This document shows positions 26,751 through 41,525 of a stretch of DNA of 64,000 bases, one piece after another. The notes beneath the pieces are model-generated. The model was not told the DNA's origin. It saw only the letters and a program-made list of their open reading frames with translations, and searched no databases. Both the position numbers and the translations under genes were made by a program. Position 1 is the first letter of the stretch. Every line of letters starts with the position of its first letter. Origin of the DNA: Carcharhinus longimanus (taxonomy: Eukaryota); contig JASCQW010000043.1 in NCBI GenBank assembly GCA_030264375.1, positions 72,187,124 to 72,251,123 on the forward strand, given 5' to 3'.

Positions 26751-27811
26751 GGGCGATTCTCCCAACCCGCTCTGCTGTTCTGGCAGTGCAAAAGTCTGGG
26801 CAATACCAGTGGAGGCTGTTTACCGGGCTCCTCACTGGATGTCTCGCCCTCTACACATCTCCCAGATGAAGATTTGTAGCGTCATCAGCTTCGCACCAGA
26901 AACCAGCATGGAGCTCATTTGCATATTTAAATTATCATTTAAACCCTATTTGTGGGTCCAGGACTGAAGTCTCTGGGCCTGCTAGCATTCCACACACCTC
27001 CCCCCAACCCCTTTTCCTGGCCAGGAGTGGTTCACTCCAGTGAGGTTTACAACACTTCCCCACTAACAGGGAACTGTGGCCTGACCCCACTGGAGTGGAC
27101 AGAGAGCACTGAGGCTCCCCCCAGGAGATCAGGGTAATGGGGGGATTCCCCTTGAGATAACTGGCAATGCCCAAGAGGCACCTTGGCTATGCCCACCAAG
27201 AATCAGGCAGTGCCATGGAGATAGGGCCAGAGGGGGCGTGGTCTGTTGGAGGGTGATCAATGGGGCAGGGGTCCCGCTGCCACTCTGCATAGGATCAGTA
27301 GCAGAGGGAGGGAAAGAGCTAATTGGGGCTGGCCATCTGGGTGGAGGCTTGGGGGGTCAGGACTTCTGGGGGAGGGTTGGAACTGCTGTGGGGGGAGATT
27401 CAGTGGGGGTAGGAGCTGGTTTTGGGGGGTGGGGGTGAGGGGGTAAATCAGGGCTTCCTGGGAGAGGTCTAGGAGGCCAGCAAATAGGGAGTGGGGGGAT
27501 CAGAGGATTAGGAATATGGAGTGTGGGGCTGGCCAGTGATTTGGAGGCTGGCAGTGCAGGGCTATTGCGCATGCGCCAAGCTCTACCCTGACAGATTGGC
27601 ACATGCACAGTGGCCCATTCAGTGCTATGCTGGTGGCATCTCCAGTGGGAATAGGCCCCATCCAATGATTTTCAGCATGAATCTCTGAGCACTCTGCCAT
27701 GCACAGAGAGTGGAAGATTCATTTTGAAAACATGCTAAAAAAAACCAGCAGGAATTACCAGTTTTTACGTGAATTTGACACTTAGAATTTTTGTTGGGAG
27801 AATTACCTCCC
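26751..27811 (+). mobile_element. Non-autonomous DNA transposon with TIRs and apparent 3-bp TSD
   Basis: atg|gggcgattctccc ... gggagaattacctccc|atg. Confidence 0.85.
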
Positions 27812-28221
27812 ATGATTGAAGTACAAACATGTCTTTTTGTTAAAGTAACAACAAACATTAATAGAAGAAGTCAGTTCTAAAATATACTCCAAAACTGAGA
27901 ACAGACTTCAGGAGGCAAATTGAAAATTTCAGCTTCTTTTATGTGCATTAAACATTATAAAGAAATTATGACTTTTTTTGACAAGACCAGTATAAAATAG
28001 CTACATAAAAATTCAACTTTGAATGAAAGTAGTGCAGATTGTTAGGTGTTAGCAATGGAAAGATGGTAGGAGTGGAGGGCCTGAATGACATTATTGTTAC
28101 TAGAGAGGCAGTGCTCGACAGNNNNNNNNNNNNNNNNNNNNNNNNNNNNNNNNNNNNNNNNNNNNNNNNNNNNNNNNNNNNNNNNNNNNNNNNNNNNNNN
28201 NNNNNNNNNNNNNNNNNNNNN

Positions 28222-29180
28222 CTACACTCAGCCACTAATTTGGAGAGTTGGGAGTTTTGCACCAGTACTGGGGGGCTGGGCCTAAACACCAGTGAGCCCG
28301 GCTTCAAAGCACTTGGGCATGTTTCGTTGGAGTGCTCAGAGCTCACATGGAATGTGAGGCCCTCTCCCTTCACCTATGTACATCAGGACCTCCCCTCCCC
28401 CACATCAGGGGCATATTCCCTGATCCCCTCCCTGACACAGGTCCTTCCCAATGGATCCCCCTGCCTGACACACAACATGCTACCAATCATGACCCCTGAC
28501 ATGCCCCTCCATCATGACCCCTGATATGCCCCCCATCGTGACCACCTTTGTGATCCACCTCAGCATGGCCCCCCTCTGTTAGACCCGCTCCCTGCATAGA
28601 GTGTCACCTTCATAGCCACCACGCAGGCCCCTCCCCCTTGACATTGTCACTGGCAATGGCCACTGCTAGGGTGACTGGTGGCCACTGCTAGGGTGACTGG
28701 TAGCCACTGCTAGGGTGACTGGTGGCCACTGCCGGGGTGATTGGTGGCCCCTGCCTGGATGACTGATGGTCAATGCTGAGGCGACTGGTGGCTACTGCTG
28801 GGGTGCCCAGTGGGCACTGCCAGTGTGCCAGATCTGCCTCGCCAGATGGGCACTGCCCATTTGGGTAGTACCCTGTCATGCCCCTGACCAGGAGCTTCAA
28901 TGGCCTCTGGGCCCCTGGTGTGATCATGTCAGGTCTCCTTCTTGCCATTATCGTGATACACCAGTAGGCCAGTGAATTTCATGTGCTAGAAATTGATGGG
29001 GCTATGCATACTTTACATATACTAATCAGGCGGGGCTATTGTGTTAGCGCCATTAGGAAGGTGATGGGAGATTCACAAACTATTTAGCGCCAGGTGTGAA
29101 ATGTATTTTTAAATCTGCATGCCATTCTCTGGGACTGGAGCATTCTACTAACAGCATGGTGAGTTTGGAGAATCACCCCC
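28222..29180 (-). mobile_element. Related non-autonomous DNA transposon containing a 22-bp tandem repeat
   Basis: Terminus ggagaatcaccccc; (ggccactgctagggtgactggt) x4 at about 28658-28750. Confidence 0.65.
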
Positions 29181-31889
29181 TTTGTTTTTTGTTTTGTTTA
29201 CTTAATTTTTCATTTTACATTGATTTCATTCCATTGAAAAGTTTCTCCCATCCTCCTGTAGGCAGTGATGCCTGATAGCTTATGGTTCCAAGGGCACTCA
29301 CCTCCCTCAAGCCCCCTGCTTAACTCACCATTTTTCATGGGTGAACATTAATAAAAAAAATTGACATTTGAGGCATCAAAGCTGCGTCATGAGAGGGGAT
29401 TAAGGGTTATGGGGAGAGGGCGGGAAAGTGGAACTGAGTCACGACAGATCAGCCATGATCTTATTGAATGGCGGGGCAGGCTCCTATTTCTTATGTTCCT
29501 ATGTTCTTATGTTCTTATTGATTTATATTATTTTCAGTATGCTTTCTGTCCCTTTTGCTTCTTCACTATAGACCATAGAATCGAGATCTATCTCACAACA
29601 GTGACTATTCAGCAATATTTAAATGGCTTTAAAGCACTTTGGGACACTCTGAAGTCATGAAAGGCTATCTTTTTTTAGTCTTTTCAACCTTGTTTGTGTT
29701 TGTACTTGTTACAATGTAATCCTATAAATGACAGTCTCTCTCGTAAATTATTTGATTTTGCTTTGATTTGATTTATTATTGTCACATGTATTAGCATACA
29801 ATGAAAAGTATTGCTTCTTGAGTGTTATTCAGACAAAGCATACCATTCATAGAGAAGGAAACGAGAGAGTGCAGAATGTAAAAGAGATAGAATTAAGTTA
29901 TAGAAGCGTAGAATGAGAGTAAAAAATAGAATTAGAAGGAATGCTGGGCGCATTACCTACATTTGGGTGTCATTACCTACCTTGAAATCTATGATTAAAT
30001 AATGTTAAAAATGGCTTTGTAACAACCTTAAATATGCTCAGAAAAAGCATGTCCAATAAACAGTGGGGAAGAGAGCTCAGACCAAAAATGCTGAACCAGT
30101 CTTCATCAAAAGCAATGCTAAATACAGTCAGTCTTTCTCTCAATGCTGCCTAAAAGAATATTAAAAGACAATGATACGTTTTTTCAAAAATAACAAAGGA
30201 CAGTTTTGAACAGAGTTTAAAATTCAATTTGTTTAATGGATTGAAAACGGTAGAATATTTTCTTTTCTGATAATAAGATGAATTATTACAGAAATAGATT
30301 TCTCTAGCCAACAGAAGGTTCTTGCATCTCCCATTACTGGACTTATAAGTTTAAACAAACCAGTACAATCAGGTTGTCCCAAAACAAGTACATTTGGCTA
30401 TGACCCTCCTTCAATAATTTTGACACGTATAGTTTTATTTATTGGGAGTCTTGTGCAAGCTGAATACTTTTCTCATTCTCCAGTGCCATCCTGCAATGAT
30501 CTAAGTGGTTGTGGTGATAGTAAATCAGTAAATTTGATCTTGACAATGAATAGGAGTGGGGCTATGATAATTAGTGGTCTTTAAAAATCGAGCCAATAGC
30601 TTTCATCCTAGCAACTGCCATTAGGTGGTTGTAATCAAAGATAAGATATCCCAAAAAGATGCTATGAAAAAAAACTGCAGAGAATGAGGTCGCTTATTGT
30701 AGTGAAAGACAGGTCTCAGCTAACCAATGGAGTGATGGAATCCCATTTCAGTGATAAGGTTATTGCCATTAGCTGTGACTGATTTAGTATCTTGTTAGAT
30801 ATTTTTATAACTTTGGGGGATGTCTATTAAATCCTTTTCAATCGTTTTACAATGAAAATTCTATTCTCTCTGTGCTCTGCACTCTCTAAGACGTGGAATG
30901 GAGTTGTAACTTAAAGTATCGTAATGGTCAGGATGGGAGCAGAACTCGACCACATTTTTTGCTGAGCCAGATCCCAGGCTGTGATTAAGGGAATTGTAGG
31001 TCAGGGCTGCGGAGGATTGCATTTGCTTCAATTGCTTGTTGACATATCTTTACTGTCTGAACATGATGTTTATAGCCTTTGTAAATATGAAATATTGCAG
31101 ACTCTGAACTCTGTAGCACTCAATTAGTGCCATAATTACAAAATTGCACAGGTCTTTGGGGAAGGGGTGATACGTAATGTGAGCGTGAAAGTCCTGTAGT
31201 GTTATTGGAGCTGCAAGTGGTGCAATTGTGTATGGCTGATATCTAAGCATAATGCTTGAGGCCTGACATTGAGATTGTGGCGATTGTAAATCGATTATTG
31301 ATACCCACGGACAGTAGGGGTCAAAAATATGGTTTCAACAATAAGTTGGTATTAAAGGCAGTGCTTTACCTTTGGCACATAAAACTCTAATAATTATTAA
31401 ATACTTAAGTAATCAGTAAATATTTGTAGGAAGCCCAGAGTTTGCATAAATCAGAAAATCTAGATGATTTTATATTTTCAGTTGAGATCACTGAATTAGG
31501 AACAGGACCCAAGGCAAGTTTGATTTTGACTCTGCATCGCTTAAGGGTATAAACCAATCCGTTTCCTTCTTCTGTCACCTCAACTTAAAGCAATAGTCTC
31601 AATAATGACAGTCAATGGGATTTTGAGCTCCCATAGTGTGTGTGAGGTCACCAGAGGGAGTGAAAAATCTGGAGGAAATTGGAAATCATGAATCTCACCG
31701 CTGAAATGGCGATTTCCAATTTTCCCTACCCTTCACCAGCAATGTTATGGACTTGAACCTGATTTTAATTGATTTTATTGAATTTAAATGTAATTATCTA
31801 GTCGTCTTGGGGGTGGAGGGGGGGGTGAATGGGAATGCCAGTAATGATTGTGGGGGGAAAAGGGAGATAGGGTTGCCAGTGATGATCGA

Positions 31890-32415
31890 GGCAGGGAATG
31901 GGGATGGTGATAAGGATGGGGATTGGGTTGGGGATTGGGTTGGGGATGGTGATGAGGGTACGGAGGGGGATGGGAATTGGGTTGGGTTTGGGTTTGGGAA
32001 TTGGGTTGGGGACGGAGATGAGGATGGGGTGAGGATGAGGATGGGGATGGCGATAGTGATGAGGATGGTGATGGGGATGAGGATGGTGATGAGGATGGGG
32101 ATGGGGATGGTGATGAGGATGGGGATGGGGATGAGGATGGTGATAAGGATGGGAATGAGGATGTGGATGGGGATGAGGATGGGGATAGTGAGGTGGATGG
32201 GGAGGGTGATAAGGATGNNNNNNNNNNNNNNNNNNNNNNNNNNNNNNNNNNNNNNNNNNNNNNNNNNNNNNNNNNNNNNNNNNNNNNNNNNNNNNNNNNN
32301 NNNNNNNNNNNNNNNNNGGATGGAGATTGGGTTGGGGATGATGATGAGGATACGGATGGGGATGGGAATTGGGTTGGGGATGGGGATGGGGATGGGGACG
32401 GGAATGGGGCTGGGG
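31890..32415 (+). repeat. G-rich degenerate hexamer repeat (ggggat/gaggat)
   Basis: Visible directly; spans a 100-N gap. Confidence 0.9.
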
Positions 32416-34722
32416 GTGCAGGTGATGTTCATAGGCTGGGCGGGGAGTAATCTTTGTATTTCAGTTCGGGCAACTTTTAAAGATGGCACTTGACCTCAGT
32501 GCTGCCGTTCCCACCGGCTCTACGTGCCCCTGCCCTTTCAGAGTGATAGCGCAAACCTCGCCCACTCTTTTTTCAGACTAAGAGGCTCCAAATCTGGAAA
32601 GTAAACTGGTCAGTGCAGCTGGAGAGCTTCATACCAGTTTTCTCACCCAAACAGACACTTTGCCCAACAAGATCATTCCCAACGAATGAAAGCCCACACT
32701 AAATAATTCACTTTCATTAGTTAGCTGATCACCAATGATGCAGTAGTTGAGGTGCTGTACAATTGGTCTCAATACTGTAAAGCTTGGGAGAGGAAAGGTC
32801 AGCTAGGGTCCTGTTTCTGACTGCTAACTGATGACCTTTGCTGCCAGTGGGTTGTTGTGGATGATCGTGGAATACAGAATTGGGCCCAGTTGTGTTGCCT
32901 CTCAGTCAAATGGTTTGTCTAAGCTCACAATCATGTGGGGAATATAATGAAGGGCTCCTGGACCCTAGATCCTTACTCTAGTGAGGAGTTCATACCTTCA
33001 GGAATAGGGAGGAGGTCAGAGTGTTATTTAATACTGACAATAAACACCAAGCCAAATTCCCAATTTTAACTTAATCTTAACCTTATCGTTATTCATTTCC
33101 TAGTACAACCTAAAATTGAGGAAAGGTTCCCAATTACAGATTAGTTTCACATTATAACAATTACAGCCAACTGTACAGTCAACCATGCAAATCTCATTTT
33201 AGTAAAACATATTCGTACATGTTTTGAATGGGATTCCACAAATATTTTTAAAGAGAATCACTTGTTTTTAAAAGAAGGATATTTAAAGGGAAAGGTGTTG
33301 CAGAATGAGATTGGGCTCTTCTCTGACAGAGGGAATCTTACAGAGAACTAATTGTGCACAATGAACCCCCTCTGACTCAGTGAAGTGGGCTACATTAGGA
33401 AAGATTCGGAAAGATGTGTAGAAGTCCTGCACTATGGGAATGTTACCCCCAATAACTCTCAAAAACGTGGTGGATGAATGGTTTGGTGTTTAATGCTCTG
33501 AAAACCTCTGAGTGGTTTGTCTCCACACTTGATTCTCTAATCAGAATTTCAGTTGAATAGTCCTTGAATGGGGAGCATGGCCTTTAAAAATAATACCCTC
33601 CTGCATTCAAACCTGTGATTTGTTATAACATGTCTCCCAGGGATAGCAGCATGCCATCACTTTAAGGAAATATTACAACATGGTAATGAGATATTGAGAT
33701 ACCTGTGGGTCCCATCTCTTCTCACACACACTGGATCCAGCAGAAGTGGCCACTGCCAATCTTCACCATCCTTGCTCCAGTGAAGTCTCCAGGCCCCAGT
33801 ACCCAGTTTACCTGTCTAGTCAGTGTCCATGTAGCTGGCTTTTACTCACTCAAAGTCCTTGTTTGCTTAGCCACACATCCTTCCCAGTCTGTGATCCTTA
33901 CTGGTTTGAGGTCCAGCCCCTAGTGTCCTTTCCACCTGTTAACTGTACAGCAATTCCAGAGTTTGGGAGTATCAGTTGGAGCCAGAGCTTTGAATCCACC
34001 ATGACAGTGTCAAGAAAAATATTCTGTATGGAACTGCATTCCATACCATCCCTGCTGCCTCCACCTCCTTCTTCACTTTCTCTTCCTCAGAGAAAGAAGT
34101 TCTTTCCCCTCTTTCATCCTGCGCTTTGGCCTTTGGCTTATAAATCAGGGCAGATGAGCTCAGTTCTGTGGCTATCAGGGCATCAAAGCCCAAAGACTGG
34201 CCTCAGAAATCCCTGGAAGGTGAAAAGAAAAGCAGAGAAGTGAAAGACAAAAAAAAAACAAGTGATACTGCAGTGATAGAGAGTGACAGATAGGGAAAAG
34301 GGAATAAATACTGTGAGAGAGAAAAGCAGGTAATAGGCTTATACTGAGGAAATGGAGATGATGACACTGGTTTGAGAAGACATGAAGAAAAAGGTGAAGA
34401 CAAATTGTGAGATTCTGAGATAACAATGAGCAATAATAACGTGTGAGATCCATACAGAGACAGATGGAAAGGAAGAGGAGAAGATAAATAGAAAGACAAA
34501 CTTGGCAAGTGGCAGAAAGGCAGCAGCTGGAAAAGAACAATTTTTAAAAAATGTTCCAGTAATGTCATAGGCGGTCAGTTAGTTGGTCTGCAAGAAATTA
34601 TTTGTACCAGACTATATAAGGTAGGATTTAATCTGGGTTTGATTAGCATGAAAACTGTTGTTACAGAACAGAGTTGTTTCTGACCTAAATTTCAAACTGA
34701 ATATTAAATTATATTATGTTTT

Positions 34723-35043
34723 CATAGAATCCCTACAGTGCAGAAGGGAGCCATTTGGCCCATCAAGCCTGCACCGATAACAATTCCACCTGAGCTCTAT
34801 GTCCATAACCCCAATTATTTACCCGACTAATACCACTGACATTAAATGGACAATTTAGCATGGTCAATCAACTTAACCGCACATCTTTGGACTGTGGGAG
34901 GAAACCAGAGCACCCAAAGAAACCCATGCAGACACGGGGACAACGTGCAAACTCCACACAGACAGTCACCCAAGACTGGAGTTGAACCCTGGTCCCTGGC
35001 ACTGTGAGGCAGCAATGCTAACCACTGCACTATCGTGCTGCCC
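34723..35043 (-). mobile_element. Full-length HE1-like SINE
   Basis: Head, V-domain and cactgtagggattctatg tail on the - strand. Confidence 0.9.
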
Positions 35044-35049
35044 CCAAAT

Positions 35050-36090
35050 CACAAGATCACTGTTTCCTAGGGACTCTTTTATTCTGAGGTCATTTATTAA
35101 ACCTATCTCATTACACATTACCAAAAATCAAGATACCCTGTTCCCTGATTGGCTCTATGACATATTGTTCTAGGAAACTATCCCTAATGCACTCTGCATT
35201 TGTTGTCGTAGCTATTCTTTCCAACTTGATTAACCCAATCAACATGAAGATTAAAGTCACCCATAATTATTGCACTACCTTTTTACATACTCCTATTTTT
35301 TGTTGACTTATACCCTTTCCTACAAGTGGCCACTGTTGGGGGCCTAAACACTACTCTACCAATGTCTTCTTTTCCTTGTTGGTTTTTACCTCCATCCAAA
35401 TAGTCTGTATATCATCCAAGCCTAGATTGTCTCTCACAACTGACTTCATTTTATCTCTTATTAATAGTGCTATTCCACTACCTTTTCCTTCTGTTCTATC
35501 TTTCCAAAAGGTCAAATATCCCAGAATATTGAGTTCCCTGCTTTGATCTTTTACCATGAATCCATAATGGCTATGAAATCCTATCCATTTACCTTGATTT
35601 GTCTACCGTATTCAGTTTGTCTTCCATATTCCAAATGCTTCATCCATAAAGATACAAAGCTTTTACGCTTGCCTTTTTGCCATTTTTGATCATCCTGAAT
35701 TTCCTTTGCACTGTGGCCTTATTTATCTCTCGCCCTTAGTCACCCATCTATTGATTTTGCATTTTAGTGTTCTTTCTTTTATTTCTCTTTCCCTTGTCAC
35801 CCTGCTAATGTTCCCATCCCCCTGCCATTCTAGTTTAAACCCTCCCCAACCACATCAGCAAATACTCACCCCAGGACATCAGTCCCAGCCCTACCCAGGT
35901 GTAACCAGTCCAATTTGAACAGGTCCCACCTCCCCAGAACTGCTCCCAATGGCCCAGGAATCTGAAACGCATCTTTCCAGCCATATGTTCATCTGATATA
36001 TCCTGCTATTTCTATTCTGACTAGCATGTGGTGCTGGTATAATCCTGAGATCGCTATCTTTAAGGTCTCACTTTTCACCCTTTGTCCTGC
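35050..36090 (-). mobile_element. CR1 LINE fragments (ORF1 end and ORF2 endonuclease)
   Basis: ELNILGYLTFWKDRTEGKGSGIALLI..IWMEV. Confidence 0.8.
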
Positions 36091-37338
36091 TCCCCTGGCA
36101 GGCCAATCACTTGCTGCCCTGAAAGTGATTGGGGTCCACTGCTCTCCTTCCTGGGGCCTGGTTTCAGTCTTGGCACCACCCATTGGTTCTGGTATTGGTG
36201 AGACTGTTGGACTTTGCCACATCTGAAAAGTAGATGTCCCACTTTGAGCTTGTTTAAGCTGCCTCAAGCATTTCATTGCTATGGAGCGGGCTTTTTTTAA
36301 GTCAGTCGAATAGAAATACACTTTTGAAACAGGAGCTGAGCAATACACACTCCCATAAAATTCAGCCCCATGGTTTTCTTTCAGTCAGGGGATGTGAGTG
36401 TCGCTAGCAAGATGAACATTTGTTTCCCACCTCTAACTGCTGTTGAAAAAGTGTCAGTGAAACACTTTATGAACTGCTTCAGTCCCTGTGGTGAAGGGAC
36501 ATCCACAATACTGTTAGGGAGGACATTCCAGGATCTTGACCCAGTGACAATAAAGGAATGGTGATATCATTCCAAGTTAGGATGGTGTGTTAGGATTCCC
36601 ATGTAGACCAATATCTCAGATAACTGGGAGGATCTTATGACATGATTTTAAGCTTTAAGACTTTTGTTGCAATAAAAAAAATTAAAGCATTTGCTCATTT
36701 GTTTGTTGTCACCATAGTCTTAACAAGGTGGTTGGCATCGTCTTGCTACTTCTCTGGCTAACTTCAAGCTATCCCCCAATCCACATCTGAATGCTATCTA
36801 CACATCCGATTCTTCTTCCATTTCTGTTTTTACCTTCAGTTTCTCCTTGAATTGTTGTCAGGACGAGGCTGCCTGGTCTTTGTTTACACTGTCTATACTT
36901 GGCTATCTTTCTCTCTGACTGTACTTAGCAAACCTTTCAATTCCTGAGTTACACATGGAGAAACAGAGTTAATGTTTCAGATCAATAACCTTGCATCAGA
37001 ATGGTCTGATGGAAACTACTTTTTCAACTTGGCTTTCAGCTCATTTTTAATAATAAGCAGGGGTAGACCCATTCTGTAGGAATAAATCTCCTGTTATTCA
37101 TTGGGTTAGGACTCAATGGTCTTTTATTAACACACCCACAATATTAAAGACAGATCTCACTGCAGACAGGGAGCTTGACATTATTACATGGCATGATTTG
37201 CTGCTAAATACAGTATCTGAAATTAAATAAAATGCTTTATGTGTGATAGTCTGAGAGTTATTAAAAAACAAATATTTATTTATTGTGCTCCATAAAATGA
37301 CAAAGAAAAGTGTATTTATCTTTACTACAAATATCGAT

Positions 37339-37465
37339 GGCTGGAATTTTACTGGCTTGCCCACCACAGGAAGCAAAGTGGGTGAGGGGCAGAGCATGGG
37401 AAGGTCCGTTGAGTTTAGGCAGGAGTTTACAGAGTTGAGACGAGCGAGACCATAAAATCCCACCC
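37339..37465. mobile_element. Short MITE
   Basis: ggctggaatttta / taaaatcccaccc termini. Confidence 0.6.
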
Positions 37466-37648
37466 ATCAAGTCTATTTGCTTTCTAGGATTTTAAAGAGT
37501 TTTTACAGTTTATTCAGTGATGTGAAACACTATAAATAAATAAAATATCTCTGTGAGGAGCATTGGAAACCAAAAGAAAAGTGTGATAGTATGCCTACTA
37601 ATTAAAGAATTTCACCTACAATTTAAAGCCTGAATTTTGAGACAATGA

Positions 37649-37740
37649 GGGTAGTTTTGCCTTTAGGAGACAGTGGGAAAAACATAGGCAGCTAAATTGA
37701 TATCACATACCTACACTAACACCTAAAGGCAAAATTACCC
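37649..37740. mobile_element. 92-bp MITE
   Basis: 19-bp TIR with 18/19 match: gggtagttttgcctttagg / cctaaaggcaaaattaccc. Confidence 0.75.
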
Positions 37741-38308
37741 CAAATGTATACTCATTAAGTTGAAAGACAAGGAGGAGAAACTCCTCAATGTCATTATTTT
37801 TGAATTTGTTTCAAAGAGGTTTCATCTACATGCGTGGGGAAGTGAAGGAGAATGCAAAGAGAACAGTTCTATGAAAGTTGAGGCTAAACTTGTGAATAAT
37901 TTTTTTAAAAGCTGGGTTAACACTAATCTGCCAAAATTGAGAAATGAAAAATGTTTAAATGTTTGCATTGAGACGTAACTCAAGTGTAAAATTGAATGGA
38001 AGCACAGGTATATCAATTAGTTGTCTGACTGAGAAAGGTTACAGGATACAATTTCTGCTGGACTACATGTGTAGATTAAATTGGTATAATTGAGTCTATT
38101 CCACAGGGCAATGGGGCAATCGAATGATTCTAGTGTTATAGTTTGATCAATTTTCCTAATTTACACTTCACACTTCTCTTAATTGTGAAACAAAAAAGGC
38201 ACAGTAATTAAATTTTTGACTATCCTTTGTACCTGCTCAAATACATTAAAATAAATGCTTTGATTTTTAATCTATTATAGCCATAATAATATTCCTTTGT
38301 TTTAACAG

Positions 38309-38439
38309 TTGTCCGAAACATCAAACGGCACAACATTGTCCTGAAGAGAGAGTTGGGTGAAGGAGCCTTTGGCAAAGTGTTTCTTGCTGAATGTCATAAC
38401 CTCTGCACAGAAGAAGACAAAACTTTGGTGGCAGTGAAG
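38309..38439 (+). CDS. NTRK2: TrkB kinase exon: glycine-rich loop and VAVK lysine
   Basis: tttgttttaacag|tt acceptor, aag|gtataa donor; 131 nt. (F)[43 protein letters not shown]; phase continues from the previous exon. RHNIV is TrkB-type (TrkC RRDIV). Not in the ORF track. Confidence 0.97.
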
Positions 38440-40213
38440 GTATAAAACTATAGAATTTCAATTATTAATTTATGGCTTGGCCCAGAGCTCCTTGTGATAA
38501 ATGCTTGTCTATCTTTCAGCTTCAGTAATCTTTTAAGTTGGGCTGTGTCGGACTAATGCAATGTCAAAAGAGCACGATACATGATCTCCACCTTTAGATT
38601 TAAAAATATGGCCTGGTTTCATATGGCAGTGACAGTAGACCAGCTCGGCAAAACTGTCCATGGCAAATATAGGAACCTGATAACAGTGAGATGCAAGCAT
38701 AGTCGATTCCACTTAGTTGACTACTTTCTATGTGAATATGTGTTGACTGAATGGAAATTGAAAACCCACTTGCTCTCTGTGCATAGTGTATGTATTCCTG
38801 CCTTTTTGATGCCTTCTCTTGTACTTTCCTGTTAAATTATTAATTTATTGTCCAGATTACAAATTTCACTATGGTCATTGCTCATCTGACGGTTAAACCT
38901 TACACAATTTGCTGTAGCGAGACACTTTTAACTTTACATCAAAGTGCAACAACTCATAACATCTCACTTCTGTTTGAAGTAGCTTAACTGCATCTTCTAT
39001 TTATAATATTCTGTCTGAATTCGGATGTGCCATATACTGGAAATTAGATCAATTTCTGCAGCAAACTGAATGATTGATGTAACAGGAATTGCCTATGGTG
39101 TAGTGTATGGAGACAATGTGGACTTTGAGGACTGTTGCAAAATTGTCAGCAGCGTACCAAAGGAAAACAGAAAGGGGTTTTGTAGATTATGCCATGGATT
39201 TTATATGCAATGGTTTATGATGTGTGGCCAAGAAACTGAGGTACCACTTCTGGATCAGGTTCCCTCTTTTTCAAAAACTGCTTCTAAAAATAAAAATACG
39301 ATGGCATGCAGTATATATAAAAAAACATTGGCACAATATTTAATTACAGAAAGAAACCAGCTGTGAATAGGTTAAATACATTCGTGACCCTGAAGTCGAT
39401 TGAGTTATTTTGCAGCATTTTATAATCTGCAACGTTACTTTGGCTTATTTGGTAGCAATCTTGCCAGCATCTGAAGTCTGTGCATTCAATCTCTGGGCTG
39501 ATGCTCAGTATTAACAGAATGCTGCATTGTAGCCAGTTCTGTTCTTAGAATGAGATGTTAAACTGAGGGCTTGTCAGCCTATTTTGGTGGTTCAGGCAAT
39601 TGCTAAAGATCCCATTGTAATATATGAAAAACTACATGAAGAAAAACAAAATGTTTTGGCTCATTCCCTCAACCAATATTACTGACAAATGGTTAACTAG
39701 TTGGTTATTTATCACAATTATGTTTAAGGAACGTTGCTGAATGTTAGATGGTCGCTACATTTGTCCAACGTTAGTTATGTCCTTCTCAACAATTTGCTGT
39801 TTATGAATGTTTCTGATGGATGTGATATGGCAATATAAAAATGCTAGTACTCAAACTTCACTGGTGTGTATCCTTTAGTTATGATTTAATGTTTAGAAGC
39901 AGCCTATGCTTTAAGGATTAGTTTTAGAATATAGAATATTCCAAAGTAATAGTCATCAGAGTATAAGATGCGTTGTTTTTGTACTGCAAGATCTGATATA
40001 TCTGAACACTGAGACAACTAATGTAACACCTAAATAATTGATACCTGTGGCAATGTAATTGAGTTTATCTACAAAGACTAGTCCTCAATCTTAACTGGGG
40101 TATCAGCAGTGTGTGCCAATTAAAACCACTTGCATTTGCCTCCTATTAGTAAAACATTGGATACCTTTAGTAGATGGCTCTCGATAGATACCTGTACCTG
40201 TCCATCCACCAGT

Positions 40214-40543
40214 TGGCATGGTGGCACACTGCTGCCTCACAGCGCTAGGAACCCGAGTTCAGTTCTGGCAATGGGTGACTGTCTGTGTGGAGTTTGCACT
40301 TTCTTGCTGTGATTGCATGAGTTTCCTCCGGGTGCTCCGGTTTCCTCCCACAGTCCAAAGATATGCAGGTTAGGTGGATTGGCCATACTAAATGTCCCTT
40401 ACTGTCCCAAGGTGTGTAGGTTAGGTGGATTAGCTATGGTAAATGTGTAGTGATATGAGGATAGTAAGATGCTCTGTCAGAGAGTCCGTGCAAACTCAAA
40501 GGGCTGAATAATCCCTTCTGCACTGTAGGGATTCTATGATTCT
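40214..40543 (+). mobile_element. HE1-like SINE
   Basis: Head, V-domain and gggattctatgattct tail. Confidence 0.9.
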
Positions 40544-40706
40544 CTCAGGTAGAAAATGATATACGGGACACAAGCTCCATAGAGTCTATTTTAGATATAG
40601 GGAATCTTTAAATTTCCCAGAACAAATTTTACAAGCTGTCTTGTCTTTTGAGCACTCAGCTTTTCCAAATCCTCAAACTGTGTGTTTTTCATTAGGTTGC
40701 TTATAG

Positions 40707-41000
<294 letters not shown>

Positions 41001-41410
41001 TAGATTGTTACTATAGTGTTACCATTTCGGTGCTGAAAACCAAGTAAAAATAGCAAAGGCAAATTGCAATGGATGTTGGAAATCTGAAATAAAAATGGAA
41101 AATGCTGGGAATATTCAGCATACCTGGAAATATCTGTGGGAGAGAAACAGAGTTACTAGGTGGAATTTGAACCTGACAAGAAGGTTGGATATCTGAGCGG
41201 GAAGCAGGTTAAAAGAGCTGATATTGCCAGTTTATTAGGAAACCAGCAGGAATCTGACAAGTTTTAAGCTGAGTGTGATTGCATGAGGAACCCCTTCTGG
41301 CAGATGGACCAGCTATTTACATATGTAAACTACCCATGATTTGCTTCTTCAACCTTGAATTATGACATGAGTATCACTCACTGGTTTTCCCAGCTTCCTG
41401 AACATGCTGG

Positions 41411-41525
41411 AGAAAGTGAGAGCATAGTGGGAAGAAAGTGAGAGGATTGTGGGAAGAAAGTGAGAGGATTGTAGGAAGGAAGTGAGAGGATAGTGGGAAG
41501 AAAGTGAGAGGATAGTGGGAGATGA
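41411..41525 (+). repeat. 22-bp tandem repeat, about 5 units
   Basis: gaaagtgagaggattgtgggaa. Confidence 0.9.

Noticed and set aside
31747-32493. 248/231-aa ORFs
   Set aside because: Translations of a simple repeat across a gap.
33746-34243. 165-aa ORF
   Set aside because: Non-ATG start, no recognisable motif and no splice support.
39070-39366. 98-aa ORF (also 44747-45100)
   Set aside because: No recognisable family or exon signals; length compatible with chance.
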